Shown here: piece by piece, positions 8,084 through 10,104 of the stretch
Position numbering within the stretch: position 1 is the stretch's first letter
How the letters are laid out: every line of letters starts with the position of its first letter
Assembly: GCA_038042445.1 (NCBI GenBank)
Contig: JBBTED010000178.1
Coordinates: 1 to 10,104, forward strand
Length of the DNA stretch: 10,104 nt
Reading direction: 5' to 3'
From: Candidatus Firestoneibacteriota bacterium
GTDB lineage: Bacteria > Oederibacteriota > D2-FULL-39-29 > JBBTED01
The notes under the pieces: model-generated
What the model was told of the DNA's origin: nothing
The model's database searches: none
Seen by the model: the letters and a program-made list of their open reading frames with translations, nothing else
Translations under genes and position numbers: made by a program

Positions 8084-8942
8084 TTAACTTCCTCTTTTCA
8101 TATTCGACTATTTTTTCTACACCTTGATAAAACGAGTGCTTGGGGCTCCATCCAATATCGCTATTAGCATTTGAAATGTCCGCAACAACATCATAAATTT
8201 CATTTTTTCGAATCCTGTTATCTGAGACTATTTTTTTATTTATACCCAATATCTCCTGCACAACACAAATAACATCTTTAACGCTCAGAGAATATCCGGA
8301 GCCAATATTGTAAATAGCAAATTGCTTTGAAGCTATCATCGATAAGACAAAGAAATCGACCAAATCATCAAGATATATATAATCCCTTTTTGGCAACAGA
8401 TTTTCTACCTTGATATCAACATTATGTAATGCCTGTTTGATAATATAAGGTATTAAATACTTGTCACTCTGACCAATACCATATACGTTAAATGGTCTGA
8501 TAATAGTTGTTTTTACCCCAAATTCTTTAGCATAGAATTGGCATATTTGTTCAGACAAGTATTTTGAATGAGCATAGGGGTTATTGGGCTTAATTTGGTG
8601 ATCTTCTGAAATAGGCAATTTCTCTGGCTGCCCATACAAATAAGAACTTGCAAAAGTTAATGGAACAGATTTTCCCCGGCAAAAATCAAGCACATTTACT
8701 GTACCTAACACATTGGTCTGATAAAATGATTGAGGATGCCTCCAGCTATCGGGCACAAAAGTTTTAGCAGCAAGATGAAAAATATGATCAATATGCTCAC
8801 TTTTAAAACAATTAAAACTTGTCGAAACAGTTATATCATGATTAGAATTCATTTCCAGTATACTGTAACCATTGGTTAATAATCTTTGCTTTAATGCTCT
8901 ACCTATAAAACCACTTGCACCCGTAATAAAAATCTTTTTCAT
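8055..8942 (-). CDS. NAD(P)-dependent NDP-sugar epimerase/reductase (extended SDR family)
   Basis: Rossmann motif ITGASGFIG, HLAAKTFVPDSW, NVLGTVNVL, catalytic YAHSK (YxxxK), RPFNVYG, RDYIYLDD and YNIGSG. Confidence 0.92.
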   Translation of the reverse strand: MKKIFITGASGFIGRALKQRLLTNGYSILEMNSNHDITVSTSFNCFKSEHIDHIFHLAAKTFVPDSWRHPQSFYQTNVLGTVNVLDFCRGKSVPLTFASSYLYGQPEKLPISEDHQIKPNNPYAHSKYLSEQICQFYAKEFGVKTTIIRPFNVYGIGQSDKYLIPYIIKQALHNVDIKVENLLPKRDYIYLDDLVDFFVLSMIASKQFAIYNIGSGYSLSVKDVICVVQEILGINKKIVSDNRIRKNEIYDVVADISNANSDIGWSPKHSFYQGVEKIVEYEKRKLNAEATNTYQ

Positions 8943-9643
8943 TTAACAAAATGTCTTTTAAGTGTTTCAAATTCCTCAATCGCCTGCAAATAGTCGTCTG
9001 GTCTTCCAATATCTAGCCAATAACCATCAAAGCGACACACACTAGCAGGATTATTATCCTGGATAAGATCCAACATCAACTGGTCAAATCCATATGGCGT
9101 GTCTTCTGGAATATATTCCAATGCTTTTCTGTTAGCCATATAAATTCCCATACTCACATCATATTTAACCAATGGTTTTTCACGAAAGCCAAAAAGTTTA
9201 TTATTTTCATTAATATCCAATACACCATACTCTATTTTCTGCTCCCTCTTATATGAAGAGATAGTAAATATATGATTATGGGAGACATGATAATGATAAA
9301 ATATTTGAAAATCCAAGTTAGTAAGAACATCACCGTTCATTACCAAAAAATTCTCCGGCAAATCTTTAATTAACTTTAGTGGACCCATCGTATTAAGAGG
9401 CATATCTTCAAGTGAATAATCTATCTTCACACCCCACTTTTTTCCATTTCTAAACAATGCTTTTATAACTTCTGCTTGATGATTTACTGCCATAGTAATA
9501 TGAGTAAAACCATAATATGCCAATTGTCTTACAACTACTTCCAAAATTGAGTATTCACCAATGGGCATAAGCGGCTTAGGCAAGACTACAGTATACGGTC
9601 TTAAACGCGCACCCTTACCACCTGCCAATATTATTGCTCTCAT
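8939..9643 (-). CDS. Sugar-1-phosphate nucleotidyltransferase (NTP_transferase family; resembles the catalytic domain of guanylyltransferase-like enzymes)
   Basis: AIILAGGKGARLRPYTVVLPKPLMPIG signature, FLVMNGDVLT, FREKP and YWLDIGRPDDY. Stand-alone 234-aa catalytic domain. Its stop overlaps the SDR start as ATGA at 8942-8939. Confidence 0.93.
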   Translation of the reverse strand: MRAIILAGGKGARLRPYTVVLPKPLMPIGEYSILEVVVRQLAYYGFTHITMAVNHQAEVIKALFRNGKKWGVKIDYSLEDMPLNTMGPLKLIKDLPENFLVMNGDVLTNLDFQIFYHYHVSHNHIFTISSYKREQKIEYGVLDINENNKLFGFREKPLVKYDVSMGIYMANRKALEYIPEDTPYGFDQLMLDLIQDNNPASVCRFDGYWLDIGRPDDYLQAIEEFETLKRHFVK

Positions 9644-10104
9644 ATGTTATTACTTAATAAAAATGCTGCTTACAAAAGATTTGACGCAAAAATGCCTTAA
9701 AGAAGATCGGGTTTAGTACCTATAATATCGTCCTGTATTTTAAACAGTTTGTTTTGGATGATGCATGGAATTCCAAGAGTTAAAACCATGATAAATTATT
9801 TGTTCAAAATACCAGACAATATCTTTAAACATAATAAAGGTATCCACTTGAATCTTCCCTTATCGTACGGATTCCAACACATATTTCGAACATGCGTGAA
9901 TCGCCTGTCTCTTTTTGCCAATGTTTTTAGGTTAAACTTCTACAGCGGAAATAGTTATTACGATATGAATGACAAGAAGCGTATTATAAATCATTTAACA
10001 GAGAAATCATGTATTTACGAAGATCGTTTATTGTATAGCAATTTGCAATTTGGGGGTTATGCAATAGACTCAAATACCGTTTTATATTTATAAAAAATAT
10101 CAAA

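Noticed and set aside
9749..10093. 114-aa plus-strand ORF
   Set aside because: TTG start, no clear RBS, no recognisable domain and shadow-like composition; not called as a CDS.
10057..10104. Possible 3' end of an upstream minus-strand gene (...FDIFYKYKTVFESIA*)
   Set aside because: Only 16 codons are visible; it cannot be supported without flanking sequence.

Overview
AT-rich (roughly one third GC by eye) segment of a prokaryotic surface-polysaccharide (O-antigen/capsule/glycan) biosynthesis locus. All eight supportable genes lie on the minus strand. In transcription order they are: sugar-1-phosphate nucleotidyltransferase (9643-8939), extended SDR NDP-sugar epimerase/reductase (8942-8055), Twitch-type radical SAM enzyme A (8083-7010), pseudaminic-acid-biosynthesis-associated-type SAM methyltransferase (6550-5912), Twitch-type radical SAM enzyme B (5886-4876), a 669-aa orphan with GT-B-like C-terminal motifs (4565-2556), a cobalamin-binding radical SAM enzyme (2363-975), and a Wzx-type flippase that runs off the window edge (871-<1; missing from the ORF track). 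The notable feature is three radical SAM enzymes plus a methylase inside a flippase-linked sugar pathway. The two Twitch enzymes carry BtrN-like auxiliary-cluster cysteine spacing but differ at the residue after the second cysteine (CS vs CC). This suggests an uncharacterised pathway for a radical-tailored sugar. No RNA genes, mobile elements or CRISPR arrays were seen.
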